NCBI GenBank assembly: GCA_964426735.1
Contig: CAYRRP010000003.1
Coordinates: 13,378 to 77,377 of the forward strand
DNA from: an uncultured Candidatus Saccharibacteria bacterium
Lineage (GTDB): Bacteria > Patescibacteriota > Minisyncoccia > Phycocordibacterales > DATDWN01
Reading direction: 5' to 3'
Length of the DNA stretch: 64,000 nucleotides
The stretch's first letter is position 1, and every line of letters starts with the position of its first letter. The notes under the pieces were generated by a model, which was given only the letters and a program-made list of their open reading frames with translations, made no database searches and was not told the origin of the DNA. Positions 61,801 through 64,000 of this stretch are shown here, in pieces. The position numbers and the translations under genes were made by a program.

Positions 61801-62692
61801 TATTAAACGCTGTGACCACCTTTTCATACGCAGAATGCTTAGGTTTTTCTGCCATACGAGGATCCATCATCAATGCACGATCTACCTTTGATTGAATCTT
61901 ACCTTTCAACGTTTCATCAGTCATATGAGGATGCATCATAAATGCATTATCCACTTTGGCTTCAGTGTTATATTGTGAAGCATCGTCAACTGTTTTTTTT
62001 GATTGAGTTAGTGAAGGATGTAAACCGAGTTGACCTAAAAACGCTTCACCCGAAGAATCTATCCCCTCAATATTTCCTTTGTTTACTATATCCTCAACCC
62101 ACGAAGCCCCGTTTGCCAAACTTTCCTTCACTCGCTCGGTGCGTGAAGGAAATTGCTCTGAACGATCAGAACCTCCAATAAAACCAAAAGCTGGCATAAA
62201 TGTTCCATTTTCACCACTCTTTAAAAGATTTCTATCCAACAGACTTTCGAGCGCCCTATTGATACGTATACGAAGATTTGACCTTCTTCCAGAACGAGGA
62301 TCTCCTTCGCCTTTATTTCGTAAGATTGTATTAATAATCTGATCAGGTGTGAGCGGAGTCTTTCTTGTAATACTCATAACCTCTTTTTCTATATCAGAAA
62401 TTGGAGACTGTCCTGCAGTAATTTCTACAGGCTTTGATTCATTTTTTTGTATAGGTTGAACAGGAACACGTATTGGGACTATTTTTTTAGGAAGAGTAGA
62501 TACCTTATCATTCAAAATTTTTCTAGATTCTTCTGAGGCTTGTGTGATCCCTTGTTTAATTTCTTGTTCTTCCAACACACCAAAAGGACTTTTGGCTCCT
62601 GTATCTTCGAGCATTTCCGCAAGCTCTTTCAGATATTTTTCACGATCGGGGTTAAGTGGTTCTCTTTCGTATATTTTCTGAGAATCTTCCAT
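58892..62692 (-). CDS. Large 1266-aa hypothetical protein with coiled coils and Gly/Ala-rich hydrophobic segments
   Basis: Long uninterrupted ORF between fusA and tuf. Confidence 0.85.
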   Translation of the reverse strand: MEDSQKIYEREPLNPDREKYLKELAEMLEDTGAKSPFGVLEEQEIKQGITQASEESRKILNDKVSTLPKKIVPIRVPVQPIQKNESKPVEITAGQSPISDIEKEVMSITRKTPLTPDQIINTILRNKGEGDPRSGRRSNLRIRINRALESLLDRNLLKSGENGTFMPAFGFIGGSDRSEQFPSRTERVKESLANGASWVEDIVNKGNIEGIDSSGEAFLGQLGLHPSLTQSKKTVDDASQYNTEAKVDNAFMMHPHMTDETLKGKIQSKVDRALMMDPRMAEKPKHSAYEKVVTAFNNLIHKYAEQKSVITKLKTFFRFKVDGETIEDIIKNLPLIEGVVSPSEYSYLMQSVHEEQGTQEDVIQQQKEKDARTVADLIKPYENKTNPSSIEAMMKDGIRIGAENWAAQNLEDAQGNKLPLTPENYIRSVGGVINKENTELVKYVLDLLVKEGLGIKTETGYQIIKTPRITKNVEKTQEFEVPGQVIDELEKMKETMERPAVLSILIYSLRDKNITKEQAELLIKTSDVLDDVTKENLSNLLNNTTSKNVYVQPSVVPRQKTLDERVSEAALKAQRIDISQNAARQFLDPAYQEPAGPITQEQSENIEKELSSKLEESLKNFAAQEALRKEKIRASKKVYEKIMTELGVPSKRRPDAEGDIDQAYLSAKKEYIDAGRALRNFIARRHVEVEETTSRSHEFSIIEKKSVRHLDVGVMEQFKKERDALTALIAEAIPEKEKGIIAKSMDKWARLPVVARVALSSAFFSLVSGGVGGFAATASMRAARGLTGVMGAKLAGSVVDKQQREKMLVEKEKALKNFATIDDTQQDEKIGDFEVYESEAEIQAKRDRLKKAALMVAAGGATSIGTGVGINAMHDTLTTPHASVDTPTTTKSSWWNKLIKEDAPAQKAPLEKTTMSAVEQVAPVSVNPVEVELSSKGFIDTIDTLKRAVAGQKLTPALEKLFAQSSQKIAIDLGLFKPGQVAESAFRFQGEQLAIDAEGNLSLVPDGSGKPEILMNSNGVVKPYAGKMFDADGKVTSVELVDTEKPVVTKNIPQAVSPVTAQPVTEHVPELKISSVSKESLAADTATTGASLVEKNSTIDSSVSPQTAILEQHGKIAAITSYGVEIAIPSPDFKNIEDIVRGKMPLKSEYQFSEDASIRKEYAKFFTRTLASLDDSVRKSLFDYHLPVQYKGGQIDIFQKGDDITVLLNGQRIGSTQLVDGAFGHQYEIGREKSIFSAAGKTNFELAFDEAKKAMEKNIKFFKLKK

Positions 62693-62815
62693 GTGTATAT
62701 TGTATCTCGGTATCGACTAACGACGCAATGAAAAACTCTCCTTTTTGTGTACAAAAAACAAAACTGACATTTTCTGTCAGTCTTGTTTTTTTAATTAAGA
62801 TAGTGCTGCACTAAA

Positions 62816-62933
62816 GCATTCAGACTTGGATGAAATCCGAGGCGGACGAAGAAAATAATGTGAGCCTGCCTAAGTGCGCAGGTGAACATTATTTTACTGA
62901 AGTCCAACAAAGGAGTTCGCCAAGTATGGATGC
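62816..62933. repeat. Stop-adjacent long hairpin, family A
   Basis: gaggcggacga/tgaagtccaacaa shared with the 53221 copy; abuts the fusA stop. Confidence 0.8.
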
Positions 62934-64000
62934 TTACTTTCGAGATTCGACAATAGTCTTCTCAACGTTTGGTGGTACCACTTCGTAATGATCAAATTCC
63001 ATAGTCACCGATCCACGACCCTGTGTCATAGAACGAATATCTGTGGTATATCCAAACATTTCTGATAGAGGAACTTTTGCTTTGATAACTTTCAAACCAA
63101 ATCGCTCTTCCATACCTTCAATCTGTCCTCGTTTTGATGAAAGCGAACCAGTTACATCACCCATAAACTGCTCTGGCATTACCGCTTCTACCTTCATAAT
63201 AGGCTCAAGGATAACAGATTTTGCTTTCTTTGCTGCTTCCTGGAATGCCTGAGATGCTGCAATCTTATATGCAATTTCAGATGAGTCCACGTCGTGGTAT
63301 GAACCAAATGTAAGTTCACATGATACGTTTACCATCTTGTATCCTGCAACAATACCTCGATCCATTGCTTCTTTCACACCTTTTTCTACTGCAGGGATGA
63401 ATTCTTGTGGAATCACACCTCCTTTAATAGAGTCAATGAATTCAAACTCATCGTATCGCTTCACGTTTTTAGCAACTTTCTCACCTTCTGCAAGTGGCTC
63501 AAGTGGTTTGATAGAAATCTTAACATGACCGTATTGACCTTTACCTCCTGTTTGCTTGATGTATTTATGTTCAGCTTCAGCAGAACCAAGAATAGTTTCT
63601 CGATATGCTACCTGTGGCTTACCGATATTCACTTCAACACCAAACTCTCGTTTCATACGATCAACCATGATTTCAAGATGGAGTTCACCCATACCAGAAA
63701 TAATAGTTTCTCCTGTTTCAGTGTTTGATGAGATACGGAATGTCGGATCTTCATCTCCAAGTTTTTTAAGCGCCATACCCATTTTCTCCTGGTCAGCTTT
63801 TGTTTTAGGTTCGATTCGCAAAGATACCACTGGTTCTGCAAACTTAATCGGGTCAAGAATAATTGGTTTTGTCTCATCACAGAAAGTATGAGATGTTTTT
63901 GCATTTTTGAGACCTACCGCAGCTGCAATTTCTCCTGCATACACTTTCTTCACCTCTTCTCGATCATTTGCCTGAAGTCGTACGATACGTCCAAGGCGCT
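62934..64000 (-). CDS. fusA: Elongation factor G (3' part)
   Basis: [34 protein letters not shown]. Confidence 0.98.
   Translation of the reverse strand, partial: RLGRIVRLQANDREEVKKVYAGEIAAAVGLKNAKTSHTFCDETKPIILDPIKFAEPVVSLRIEPKTKADQEKMGMALKKLGDEDPTFRISSNTETGETIISGMGELHLEIMVDRMKREFGVEVNIGKPQVAYRETILGSAEAEHKYIKQTGGKGQYGHVKISIKPLEPLAEGEKVAKNVKRYDEFEFIDSIKGGVIPQEFIPAVEKGVKEAMDRGIVAGYKMVNVSCELTFGSYHDVDSSEIAYKIAASQAFQEAAKKAKSVILEPIMKVEAVMPEQFMGDVTGSLSSKRGQIEGMEERFGLKVIKAKVPLSEMFGYTTDIRSMTQGRGSVTMEFDHYEVVPPNVEKTIVESRK

Overview
A 64 kb chromosomal window from a small-genome, AT-rich bacterium, most likely Patescibacteria/CPR (Parcubacteria-like). The basis is the missing rpmD (L30) between rpsE and rplO, a type IV pilus cluster with ComF and no PilQ, a MutY without Fe-S cysteines, and many near-leaderless genes; translation table 11 is consistent. 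Core content: gatCA, ligA, a type IV pilus locus, ung, mutY, recG, ftsH, smpB-tmRNA, infC-rpmI-rplT, ndk, map, adk and the fusA-tuf-S10-spc cluster. There are six tRNAs, including rare Ser(ACU) and Ile(UAU), and a probable 6S RNA. The most striking signal is non-coding. (1) A structured ~150-200 nt element follows the 3' ends of tRNA-Asp, tRNA-fMet, tRNA-Ser(ACU) and tmRNA (twice) and carries an antisense copy, and usually also a sense copy, of its own host RNA's T-arm. (2) Two related families of ~120 nt covarying hairpins begin within 0-7 nt of the ends of pilC, ndk, rplB, fusA, secY, tuf and the 6S-like RNA. (3) Single orphan-gene cassettes with their own promoter and a strong Shine-Dalgarno site are inserted behind these hairpins and break up the ribosomal operon. 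(4) Inverted ~7-mer arrays fill ribosomal intergenic spacers. No integrase, transposase, reverse transcriptase or Cas gene is visible. All calls come from reading the sequence by eye; no database searches were run.
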